From Candidatus Woesearchaeota archaeon (lineage in GTDB: Archaea > Nanobdellota > Nanobdellia > Pacearchaeales > GW2011-AR1), in assembly GCA_964389765.1 (NCBI GenBank), contig CAYMES010000003.1, positions 1 through 53,767 of the forward strand: 53,767 bases of DNA, written 5' to 3'. A program made the translations under genes and the position numbers. The notes beneath the pieces are model-generated. The model made no database searches. It saw only the letters and a program-made list of their open reading frames with translations, and was not told where the DNA came from. The stretch's first letter is position 1. The number at the start of each line of letters is the position of its first letter. Positions 1-8,261 of this stretch are shown piece after piece.

Positions 1-2
1 AT

Positions 3-3000
3 ACATTACAAAATGATATAACAGGAATATCTGGAACTTGCTTCACAATCTTAGCAAATAACATAACTCTGGATTTAAATAGTTATAACATTACAGGAGA
101 TAATTCAGCAACAGATTCTGGAGTTTATTCAGATGGATATAATTCTTCTACTATTGAAAATGGAGAAATTTATGATTTTTATTATGGAATATTATTTGAA
201 AATAATAAGAACAACACAATCCAAAATATCACAACAGATGCTACAATTAGTTTTAGTTCAAGCAGTTATAACTTCTTTAATGATACAACAATTACAGATA
301 CTTCTGGTAGAGGAATTAGTTTTGGTTATTATTCTTATTACAATGATGTTTATAATGTTGAAATCTTAAATACATCAAATGATGGGATAAGGATTTTTTA
401 CCCTGCATCTAATAATACATTTAAAAATATTTATATAAATTCTTCTGTTGATGGGATTGTATTTGAATGTCTTAATACAGATGAATGTGTTAATACTAAT
501 TTCACAGATGTAATTATTGAAAATTCAGTAAACAACGATACATTTTTAGAATATGCAAAGAATGTAATTATGAAAAATGTAAGTTATAATCTTTCAAAAG
601 AATATGTTGATAGCAATAGTGAATTAATAAGGAAATGGTATTATAGAGCTTATGTAAATGATACTAATGGAAATGATGTAAGTGGAGCAAATGTTACTGC
701 TTTTAATGTTTCAGATGTTTATCAATTCAATCTAACATCTAATGAAAGTGGATATACTCAGAAAGAAGAGATAATAGATTATGTAAATGATGGAGGAACA
801 AAAACATTTTATAGTTTATATACAATTTATGCTCAAAACAGTAGTTATCCAGATAAATCTGTTAGTTATAATGTAACTGATAATGAAAATAATCTTGCTC
901 ATAACATTTTTTTAGATAGTAATGAACCAATAATCAATTCTGTAGATATAAATCCTTCAATAACAGGGTTAGGACAATCAATAAATATAACTTCAAATGC
1001 TACAGATGATTCTAGTTTGGATTCTGTATGGGTAGGAATAACTGCTCCTGGACAAGATGAAGTAAATTATACAATGACAAGTTATGCAACTGATTTATAT
1101 TATAATAGCAGTTATAGAGGATGGTATAATGGAACTTATAATGTTACAGTTTATGCAAATGATTCAGGTAATAATTTAGGAAGCAATAGCAGCCAATCAT
1201 TCCAAATTTATAATGATAATATAACTGTTCAAATTAGAACTTTAGAAGATAGTTATCAAAATGGTAGTTTTATTAATCTGACTGATCCTCCTTCTGGAAG
1301 TGATGATTTAGAAAGATTAGATGAATTAAGCAGTATAATTAATGAAATGTTTTTAATCGAAGAAGTAAAAGAGAACTTATCGAGCATAGAGAATAAAATA
1401 TTATTAGAAAATAAAAGTTATAAAAATATAAAAGATATAGAAATCGGAGATAAAGTCTTAAGTTTTGATTTAGAAAAAAGTTCTTTAATTAAAGAAAAAG
1501 TTATATCTATTAAAAGAAATAATTATAGAGATTATTTAAGATTAAATAATAAATTAAAAATACCTTTAGATTATGATATATGGATAAATGGAGAATTTGA
1601 AAAAGCAAAAAATATAGAAGTTGGAGACCATATGCTAAATTATAATTTGTCTAAATCTTTAGTAAAAAGTATAGAATATATTGAAAAAGAATATAGCAAT
1701 TTTGATTTGGAAATTGAAAATTCACATAATTATTTTGCTTCAGATTATCTTATCCACAATCTCCAAGTAGGAGGGGAAAGTATAACATACTCAGAATTCT
1801 CCTCACATTCACAAACAACAAATCTCTCTGCATTAAATTTAACATCTAATACAAATGTTTCAAATTTAGTATTAGCAAATTCAAGTGGAAAAATAAGTTT
1901 TTTAGAAGATGTTGAATTAAATTCTAGTTTTGATTTAGATAGTTCTGTTGATATAAATGTTAATAATATTTCTATAGATAGTAGTGCTTATAGCGGAGCT
2001 TTAAATAAAACTGCTAAATTAACAATGAAAACATCTGGAATTGGTTATCCTAAGATTATGAAAGAGGGTTCTGAATGTTCTGCTCCAGATTGCAATATAC
2101 TAAGTTGGGATGCTTCTACAAAAGAAGTAACATTTAATGTTACTTCATTTAGTGATTATACAGCTGCAGAAGCTAATCAATCAAAAGTTCAAAATAATGG
2201 AACATATAATATTAGTTTTTATTTGTTAATGAAAACTGAATATTGGGATGGAGCAAGTTGGAATTTAGAAGATATAGTGATAAATGATACAAAGCAGAAC
2301 ATATTAAGAACCACAAACACGAGTGATTTACTAAAATTAGACACATTATGGAATGCTCAAAATTATAATTCTAGTAATTTAAGTAATGGAGATGGTAAGT
2401 ATAGAGTTTATGTAGCTCTTGAAGATGGAAATGGAAATGTTTTAAGTGATGAAGATAGTAATAATTTAGAAGCTTCATTTAATTTTACTTTTGATAATAG
2501 AGTTCCATATAAAATAGAATTAAATGCTCCTGATAATGATGCATCTTTCTCTGATACAAATAACAATGTTTCATTTAACTGGACAGTTTATGATGCTTTA
2601 GATACTAAATTAACTTGTAATTTAACTGTTGATAGTGTTGTTGAAGGGGAAAATGTTCAGAGTGATAATGGAACAATGGCAAATTATACTGTTAGTGATT
2701 TAACATTAGGAGACCATTTCTGGAATGTGACATGCTGGGATGATGCTGGAAATAGCAATATAAGTGAAACTAGAAATGTTTCAATATATTTAAGTAATAC
2801 AGCTCCAAATGCTCCTAGTTTAGAAATAAATTCAACAGATGGAAGTAATAGAAGTAATCAAGATTTAAATTGTTATGATGTTTTAAGTGATGATGATGCT
2901 GATACAATGAATATAACAGTTGAATGGTATAAAGAAGATGTTTTTAATTTTTCTGCTGATTATAATGATAGTTATGCAAATGGAACTTTATTTATAGCTA

Positions 3001-3878
3001 CACTTAATAAAGAAAATACAACTAAATATCAAAACTGGAGTTGTGGAATAAAGGTTTATGATGGACAAGCTTATTCAAGTTGGGAGAATTCTACTAAATT
3101 AAAAGTTCTTAATACATTGCCTACAGTTTCTTTAACAAATCCTCCAGACGGAAATATAACTTCAAATAGAACACCTGAATTTTCATGGGGTGGAACAGAT
3201 GCTGATGATGATAGTTTAGAATATGAAATTAATATAACTTGTTATGAATCAGGAAGTTTTGTTACTGCTGGTTCTGTATATGAAGATAAAAGTTCTATTG
3301 GAGCAACAACAACATATGTTCCTTCACCTTATTTAAGGTGTTTAGTAGATAATGGACAAACTTATAATTGGACAGTAAGAGCTTATGATGGAGAAGGATA
3401 TGGAAACTGGACTACAATCAGGAATCTTTCAATAAGATCTTCAATAATTATAAGTCTTCCTGTAGATGATGTTGATTTTGGAGATATGAATCTTTCAGAA
3501 ATAGATAATACAACAGATAACTCCCCATCTCCAATAGTTTTAAGAAATGATGGGAATGCAGAATTAAATGTATCTTCTAATTTCACTAATTTATGGGAAA
3601 CAGAAACAAACCCTAATAATAGTTATCAATACAAGATAAGAAACCTTTCATCTGGTTGTTTTGTTGAACAAGGAACTCAAAAAACATGGGCACAATCTCC
3701 TACACCAAGTATAACTAGTAATGTTATAAATAGGTTGAATTTCACTTCAGGATATCAACAAGGATGTAATAATGTATCTATAGATATTCATGTAGAAGTT
3801 CCAAGTAGTGAAACACCTGGAAATAAATCTTCAATAATAACTTTTATATCAAGTTTAGGAGAACCAAAAGTAAATTAA
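3..3878 (+). CDS. Giant secreted surface glycoprotein/adhesin, 5'-truncated by the window: parallel beta-helix repeats, Ig/FN3-like domains, internal Hint domain, C-terminal pilin-like domain
   Basis: The frame of ORF 570..3878 is open back to position 3 (TLQNDITGISGTCFTILANNITLDLNSYNITG...GIRIF...GIVFE), which reads like NosD/pectin-lyase-like beta-helix repeats. Ig/FN3 signatures (YNVTVYANDSGNN, HFWNVTCWDDAGN, YNWTVRAYDG) and very dense N-x-S/T sequons. Confidence 0.8.
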   Translation, partial: TLQNDITGISGTCFTILANNITLDLNSYNITGDNSATDSGVYSDGYNSSTIENGEIYDFYYGILFENNKNNTIQNITTDATISFSSSSYNFFNDTTITDTSGRGISFGYYSYYNDVYNVEILNTSNDGIRIFYPASNNTFKNIYINSSVDGIVFECLNTDECVNTNFTDVIIENSVNNDTFLEYAKNVIMKNVSYNLSKEYVDSNSELIRKWYYRAYVNDTNGNDVSGANVTAFNVSDVYQFNLTSNESGYTQKEEIIDYVNDGGTKTFYSLYTIYAQNSSYPDKSVSYNVTDNENNLAHNIFLDSNEPIINSVDINPSITGLGQSINITSNATDDSSLDSVWVGITAPGQDEVNYTMTSYATDLYYNSSYRGWYNGTYNVTVYANDSGNNLGSNSSQSFQIYNDNITVQIRTLEDSYQNGSFINLTDPPSGSDDLERLDELSSIINEMFLIEEVKENLSSIENKILLENKSYKNIKDIEIGDKVLSFDLEKSSLIKEKVISIKRNNYRDYLRLNNKLKIPLDYDIWINGEFEKAKNIEVGDHMLNYNLSKSLVKSIEYIEKEYSNFDLEIENSHNYFASDYLIHNLQVGGESITYSEFSSHSQTTNLSALNLTSNTNVSNLVLANSSGKISFLEDVELNSSFDLDSSVDINVNNISIDSSAYSGALNKTAKLTMKTSGIGYPKIMKEGSECSAPDCNILSWDASTKEVTFNVTSFSDYTAAEANQSKVQNNGTYNISFYLLMKTEYWDGASWNLEDIVINDTKQNILRTTNTSDLLKLDTLWNAQNYNSSNLSNGDGKYRVYVALEDGNGNVLSDEDSNNLEASFNFTFDNRVPYKIELNAPDNDASFSDTNNNVSFNWTVYDALDTKLTCNLTVDSVVEGENVQSDNGTMANYTVSDLTLGDHFWNVTCWDDAGNSNISETRNVSIYLSNTAPNAPSLEINSTDGSNRSNQDLNCYDVLSDDDADTMNITVEWYKEDVFNFSADYNDSYANGTLFIATLNKENTTKYQNWSCGIKVYDGQAYSSWENSTKLKVLNTLPTVSLTNPPDGNITSNRTPEFSWGGTDADDDSLEYEINITCYESGSFVTAGSVYEDKSSIGATTTYVPSPYLRCLVDNGQTYNWTVRAYDGEGYGNWTTIRNLSIRSSIIISLPVDDVDFGDMNLSEIDNTTDNSPSPIVLRNDGNAELNVSSNFTNLWETETNPNNSYQYKIRNLSSGCFVEQGTQKTWAQSPTPSITSNVINRLNFTSGYQQGCNNVSIDIHVEVPSSETPGNKSSIITFISSLGEPKVN
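1374..1760 (+). other. Degenerate Hint (intein-like/BIL-type) domain inside the surface protein
   Basis: KNIKDIEIGDKVLSFD (block A tail), KAKNIEVGDHM, and FDLEIENSHNYFASDYLIHN (blocks F/G ending in His-Asn). No N-terminal Cys and no TxxH in block B. Confidence 0.8.
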
Positions 3879-3907
3879 AATGAAAATAATTAAATATAGA
3901 GGTAGAA

Positions 3908-4390
3908 ATGAATAAGCATAGAAAAATTATAGTTGTGCAGTTGATATTTTTAGCTGTGGTTTTTATTGTTTTATATGTTTTATATCCTAAAGCAGATATT
4001 AATATTTCAGGAAATGTAGTTAGTTTTGATTCAGCAAATGCAGAGACAATAATCATTTCTGAAAATCCTGATTTTTCTAATCCTCGTTATATTGATATTG
4101 AAGAAAAAGGAAACCTTTCTTTTAATCTTCCTCCAGGAACTTATTATTGGAAGACAACTAATGGAATAATACAAGGAATAGAACATGAATTAATAATTAA
4201 CTCGGAAGTAGGCATGAAAATTTCAAGAGATGAAAGTAATGAATCAAAGTTAGTTAATATTGGAAATGTCAAAGTTAATGTAACTAAAAATCAAAAAGGA
4301 GTTATGGTAGGGCATATTGTTCTTGAACCAAATCAAAGTAAAGAAATTCAAGATAAGGAAGATGAAAAATATACTGGGAGGCAAATATGA
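3908..4390 (+). CDS. Membrane-anchored small beta-rich protein (FN3-like segment plus NIGNV-containing segment)
   Basis: N-terminal TM helix; ISENPDFSNP...LPPGTYYWK; LVNIGNVKVNVT shared with the neighbouring pilin-like genes. Confidence 0.7.
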   Translation: MNKHRKIIVVQLIFLAVVFIVLYVLYPKADINISGNVVSFDSANAETIIISENPDFSNPRYIDIEEKGNLSFNLPPGTYYWKTTNGIIQGIEHELIINSEVGMKISRDESNESKLVNIGNVKVNVTKNQKGVMVGHIVLEPNQSKEIQDKEDEKYTGRQI

Positions 4391-5673
4391 TTAAAATTTT
4401 AGAAAGAAATTTTATTAAAGAAGAAATTAATAGAGGGATTTATGAGAGTTTATTTAAGATAATCTTTGCGATGTTTATAATTTTGTTTGCGTTATGTTTT
4501 TTTAGTTTAAATGTTTATGCTCTTGGAATATCTCCTGGTAGAACAACTATTGATTATGAACCAGGTTTAGAAAAACAAGTAGAAATATCTATTATTAATA
4601 ATGAGCATAAAAGTATGAAAGTAGCTTTATTTTCAATGATGAGAGATGACTTAAATGGTTCTATTAATTTATTTGAAGACCATCTTGAATTTTTACCAAG
4701 TGAAAAAGAAAAAATTCTTAATTATGAAATAAAACTTCCAGAAGAAATGGGTCCTGGATTGCATAAAGGAGAGATAGTTGCTGTAGAAGTTCCTAGTGGA
4801 CAAGGAGGAGAAACAAGTGTAGGAGCGACAATAGCTGTTGTATCTCAATTACATATTTATGTTCCTTATCCTGGAAAATTTGTAGAAGCTGATTTAAATA
4901 TTTTAGATGCTACTGAAAATAGCACTGCTACTTTTATAGTTCCAGTAACAAGTAGAGGAAAATTGGGAATAGGAGAAGTAAGAGCTGTTATAGATATTTA
5001 TAAATTAGGAGAAAAAATAACAACTTTAGAAACAGACCATCGTTCACTAGATTCAGGAAAAAGAACAGAACTTTCTTCTAAATGGAAAGTAGATGTAAGT
5101 CAAGGAGATTATTTAGCTAAAGTAACTGTTTTTTATGATGGTGAAAGTATAAGATTTGAAAAGCCTTTTACAGTAGGAGAGAAAAAGATAAATGTAGAAA
5201 GTATTTTAGTTAATGATTTTCAGTTAGGAGAAATAGCTAAATTAAGAATATTGGTTGAGAACAAATGGAGCCAAGAATTAGAAAGTGTTTTTGCTAATTT
5301 GTTAATTTATAATAAACAAGAGCAAATAATGGCAGATGTTAAATCATCTTCAGAATCAATTCCTGCTTTAAGTAAAAAAGAATTAGTTGCTTATTGGGAT
5401 ACAGTTGGAGTTAAAGAAGGAGAGTATGAAGGAAAATTAATGGTTAAATATGGGGAAAAAGCATCAGAAAAAGATTTAATATTGAAAGTTTCTCAAGATA
5501 ATCTTGATATTGTAGGATTAGGTTATGCAATAAGAAAAAAACCAAAAGGAATAAGCTTAACAACAATACTTATTATTTTAATAGCAATATTAGTTATAGC
5601 TAATATTTCATGGTTTGTAATACTGAGGAGATTTTTAGGTAAGAAAAAGAAAAAGAAAAATGTTAAGATATGA
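4387..5673 (+). CDS. Secreted multi-Ig-domain protein with C-terminal TM anchor (LGISP family; chaperone/WxLIP-like candidate)
   Basis: Signal-like hydrophobic stretch ending VYA|LGISP, about three Ig-like domains, VPYPG linker, C-terminal TM plus Lys tail. Paralog of 8262..9380. The true start may be downstream of 4387. Confidence 0.7.
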   Translation: MIKILERNFIKEEINRGIYESLFKIIFAMFIILFALCFFSLNVYALGISPGRTTIDYEPGLEKQVEISIINNEHKSMKVALFSMMRDDLNGSINLFEDHLEFLPSEKEKILNYEIKLPEEMGPGLHKGEIVAVEVPSGQGGETSVGATIAVVSQLHIYVPYPGKFVEADLNILDATENSTATFIVPVTSRGKLGIGEVRAVIDIYKLGEKITTLETDHRSLDSGKRTELSSKWKVDVSQGDYLAKVTVFYDGESIRFEKPFTVGEKKINVESILVNDFQLGEIAKLRILVENKWSQELESVFANLLIYNKQEQIMADVKSSSESIPALSKKELVAYWDTVGVKEGEYEGKLMVKYGEKASEKDLILKVSQDNLDIVGLGYAIRKKPKGISLTTILIILIAILVIANISWFVILRRFLGKKKKKKNVKI

Positions 5674-5716
5674 TTCATTACTGACATTAGGTAATAAAAT
5701 TTATCTACTAAAAAAA

Positions 5717-5731
5717 GAAAACATTTAAATA
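5717..5731 (+). promoter_or_regulatory. Archaeal BRE/TATA-like promoter
   Basis: GAAAACATTTAAATA about 45 nt upstream of ATG 5775; the same pattern recurs upstream of several genes in the window. Confidence 0.5.
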
Positions 5732-5774
5732 CCTTTATATTTTATATATAATAATTAAATAAAAAGAGAGGAAA

Positions 5775-5966
5775 ATGGTTTCAGAAAAAATAATTGTTGC
5801 ATTGCTTGTTATAGCTATTTTGTTAACTATTGTTTCTGTTACAGTTACGATAACTGCTTTGAATTCTGATATGGTTCCAAAAATTAGTATTAGTGAACAA
5901 GAAGGTGCTCCAGACACACAAAAAGGAAGAGTTGGTTTAGTAATCAACACTCCGTCAGAAGGTTAA
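5775..5966 (+). CDS. Small membrane peptide (63 aa): TM helix, linker, C-terminal beta-strand motif
   Basis: GAGG upstream of ATG, promoter-like element, stop 1 nt before the next ATG; C-terminal TQKGRVGLVIN. Confidence 0.75.
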   Translation: MVSEKIIVALLVIAILLTIVSVTVTITALNSDMVPKISISEQEGAPDTQKGRVGLVINTPSEG

Positions 5967-5967
5967 G

Positions 5968-6642
5968 ATGGATTCAGAGAATATAAATAATATAATAGCT
6001 GTTTTTGCAGTAGTTCTTGTTGTAGCAGCATTAGCTAATTTAGCAATTACATTTACTAAGGTTTCAGATATAAGACAAGAAATGACAGGAATGGCAACAG
6101 GATATGTGAATATCACTGTAAATACACAGGTAAATATAAGAGTTAATAATGATACAATATGGTGGGGACCAGGAGTTGTAAATGGTACATGGGAAGGAGA
6201 AGATAATTATAATGCTGAATTAACTACTCATGGAGAAGGATCTCCAACAGTTACAGGAGGAAATTGGACAAGTACTGATGAATCACATGCATATGCAATA
6301 CAAGTTCAAAATATTGGAAATGTAAATTGTTCTTTGAAACTTTATTCAGATAAAGATGCATCTGATTTATTCAACAGTTTAAGTGGGACAAATCAATCTT
6401 TTCAATGGAATGTTTCTCAAAAAGAATCTAGTTCATGCAGTGCAGGAACAGAACCACTAGGAGTTTTTAGAGACGTTAATAAAAGTGCTGCAAATGAAGC
6501 TATGTTTTGTGGACAGTTTGATTCTAATCCAGCTAGAGATGAAGTATTTATAGATACTTATCTTATGGTACCTAATGATGCACGAAACACTAATAGTCAG
6601 GAAGTAGCAACAATAACAATAACAGGAGATACAGCAGTTTAA
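5968..6642 (+). CDS. Putative fimbrial/pilin-like subunit A1 (N-terminal TM, TGxATG-YVNITV strand, single beta-sandwich)
   Basis: TM helix, EMTGMATGYVNITVN, NIGNVNC motif, three Cys, C-terminal ATITITGD strand; paralogs at 6805 and 7565. Confidence 0.7.
   Translation: MDSENINNIIAVFAVVLVVAALANLAITFTKVSDIRQEMTGMATGYVNITVNTQVNIRVNNDTIWWGPGVVNGTWEGEDNYNAELTTHGEGSPTVTGGNWTSTDESHAYAIQVQNIGNVNCSLKLYSDKDASDLFNSLSGTNQSFQWNVSQKESSSCSAGTEPLGVFRDVNKSAANEAMFCGQFDSNPARDEVFIDTYLMVPNDARNTNSQEVATITITGDTAV
6031..6637 (+). repeat. 607-bp near-identical direct repeat, copy 1 (copy 2 at 6859..7465)
   Basis: Visual alignment at offset 828 nt; I count about 9 substitutions, clustered near the two ends, with a long identical centre. 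Confidence 0.9.
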
Positions 6643-6644
6643 AT

Positions 6645-6702
6645 TAGTTTATTTTTTTATTTTTGTAATTTTTTTATTTTTAGGTTGGTTTATTTTAATT
6701 TT
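6645..6702 (+). terminator. T-rich archaeal terminator-like tract
   Basis: Multiple oligo-T runs directly after the stop of 5968..6642. Confidence 0.4.
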
Positions 6703-6749
6703 TACTAATATTTGGTAAAATTTTAGTAAGGAATATGGTTGTGATTTGA

Positions 6750-6764
6750 GAAAAGTTTATAAAT
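6750..6764 (+). promoter_or_regulatory. Archaeal BRE/TATA promoter
   Basis: GAAAAGTTTATAAAT about 40 nt upstream of ATG 6805, close to the archaeal consensus. Confidence 0.6.
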
Positions 6765-6804
6765 GTGGCTATGATGTACAATATATAAAAGAGGAAAAAT
6801 AAAG

Positions 6805-7473
6805 ATGGATTTAACTAAAGGATTGTTTATTCTTGTTATTACAATGATTTTTGTTGCGTTAGCTAATTTAGCAATTACATTTACTAAGGTTTCAGATATA
6901 AGACAAGAAGTTACAGGAATGGCAACAGGATATGTGAATATCACTGTAAATACACAGGTAAATATAGCAGTTAATAATGATACAATATGGTGGGGACCAG
7001 GAGTTGTAAATTCTACATGGGAAGGAGAAGATAATTATAATGCTGAATTAACTACTCATGGAGAAGGATCTCCAACAGTTACAGGAGGAAATTGGACAAG
7101 TACTGATGAATCACATGCATATGCAATACAAGTTCAAAATATTGGAAATGTAAATTGTTCTTTGAAACTTTATTCAGATAAAGATGCATCTGATTTATTC
7201 AACAGTTTAAGTGGGACAAATCAATCTTTTCAATGGAATGTTTCTCAAAAAGAATCTAGTTCATGCAGTGCAGGAACAGAACCACTAGGAGTTTTTAGAG
7301 ACGTTAATAAAAGTGCTGCAAATGAAGCTATGTTTTGTGGACAGTTTGATTCTAATCCAGCTAGAGACGAAGTATTTATAGATACTTATCTTATGGTACC
7401 TAATGATGCACAAAACACTAATAGTCAGGAGGTAGCAACAATAACAATAACAGGAGATACAGCAGGCGGCTAG
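6805..7473 (+). CDS. Putative fimbrial/pilin-like subunit A2 (near-identical to 5968..6642)
   Basis: Same mature region with a different N-terminal half of the TM and different last residues. Confidence 0.7.
   Translation: MDLTKGLFILVITMIFVALANLAITFTKVSDIRQEVTGMATGYVNITVNTQVNIAVNNDTIWWGPGVVNSTWEGEDNYNAELTTHGEGSPTVTGGNWTSTDESHAYAIQVQNIGNVNCSLKLYSDKDASDLFNSLSGTNQSFQWNVSQKESSSCSAGTEPLGVFRDVNKSAANEAMFCGQFDSNPARDEVFIDTYLMVPNDAQNTNSQEVATITITGDTAGG
6859..7465 (+). repeat. 607-bp near-identical direct repeat, copy 2
   Basis: Matches 6031..6637. Confidence 0.9.
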
Positions 7474-7564
7474 TTATAACTGGGTTGGTAGAGATATGAA
7501 TTTAAAAAAATTTTATAAATATCTATTTCTTGTTATTTTGATATAAATTATAAATAATTAAAAA

Positions 7565-8197
7565 ATGGATTTAAAGAGATTAGTTTTTATTTTTTCAATA
7601 ATTCTTGTTTTTTTAATGCTTTTAAATATTTTTATGGTTTTTCTTAATATATCTTTTTTTAAAGAAAAAATAACAGGGCATGCAAGTGGTTATGTAAATA
7701 TAACTATTTTAAGTCAGATTAATATTGCTCTTTATAATGATAGTATTGAATGGGGAGGTGGAGATATAGATATTGGAGAAAGTAATGCTACTCTTTATAC
7801 AAGAGGACATGATCAAGCAGTTGTTTTAAGAGGCAATTGGTCTAATGAAAGTGTTTATGGAATGATAATAAAAAATATAGGAAATGTAAATTGTTCTCTT
7901 TTTATAAAAACAGAAAAAAATGCTAGTAGTTTTTTTCAAAGTTCAAGTAATTCAAATCAAGAATATATGTTAAATGTTTCAAATAAAAATGGAGATGCAT
8001 GTAATGGAGGAGTTGTTTTAGGAAATTGGAGCGATGTAAATGTTTCAGATCCAGGAACAAAATATTGTAGCCAATTTAGTTATTCAATTAATAATAATGA
8101 GGTTTTTTTGGATGTTCTTTTTACAGTTCCTTTTGATTCCCAAGTAACAGGTTATCAATCTGATAACATCATAATTACTGGAGATTCTGCAAGTTAA
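7565..8197 (+). CDS. Putative fimbrial/pilin-like subunit B (diverged paralog)
   Basis: KITGHASGYVNITIL, NDSIEWG, GNWS, NIGNVNCSL, EVFLDVLFTVP and IIITGDSA are all colinear with 5968..6642. Confidence 0.7.
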   Translation: MDLKRLVFIFSIILVFLMLLNIFMVFLNISFFKEKITGHASGYVNITILSQINIALYNDSIEWGGGDIDIGESNATLYTRGHDQAVVLRGNWSNESVYGMIIKNIGNVNCSLFIKTEKNASSFFQSSSNSNQEYMLNVSNKNGDACNGGVVLGNWSDVNVSDPGTKYCSQFSYSINNNEVFLDVLFTVPFDSQVTGYQSDNIIITGDSAS

Positions 8198-8261
8198 ATT
8201 ATAAAGAACTGCTAGGATGATAAATAGAAAATTATAAAAATAAAGAAATTTCTTTTATAAG

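Noticed and set aside
133-369. 78-aa ORF in the track, and ATG 570 as the start of the large gene
   Set aside because: The 570 frame is open to the window edge with beta-helix-like sequence, so 133..369 is an out-of-frame shadow and 570 is an internal Met.
1374-1760. A functional splicing mini-intein
   Set aside because: No clear Cys/Ser1 in block A context, no block-B His, and the +1 residue is Leu; kept only as a Hint-like cleavage candidate.
6031-7465. Near-identical repeat pair as a DGR template/variable repeat
   Set aside because: Differences are not adenine-specific (G/T, G/C and T/C changes occur), both copies are full genes, and no reverse transcriptase is in the window.
5968-8197. 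Subunits as type IV pilins or archaellins
   Set aside because: No basic-(G/A)| class III leader before the hydrophobic helix, unlike the genes at 39-47 kb.
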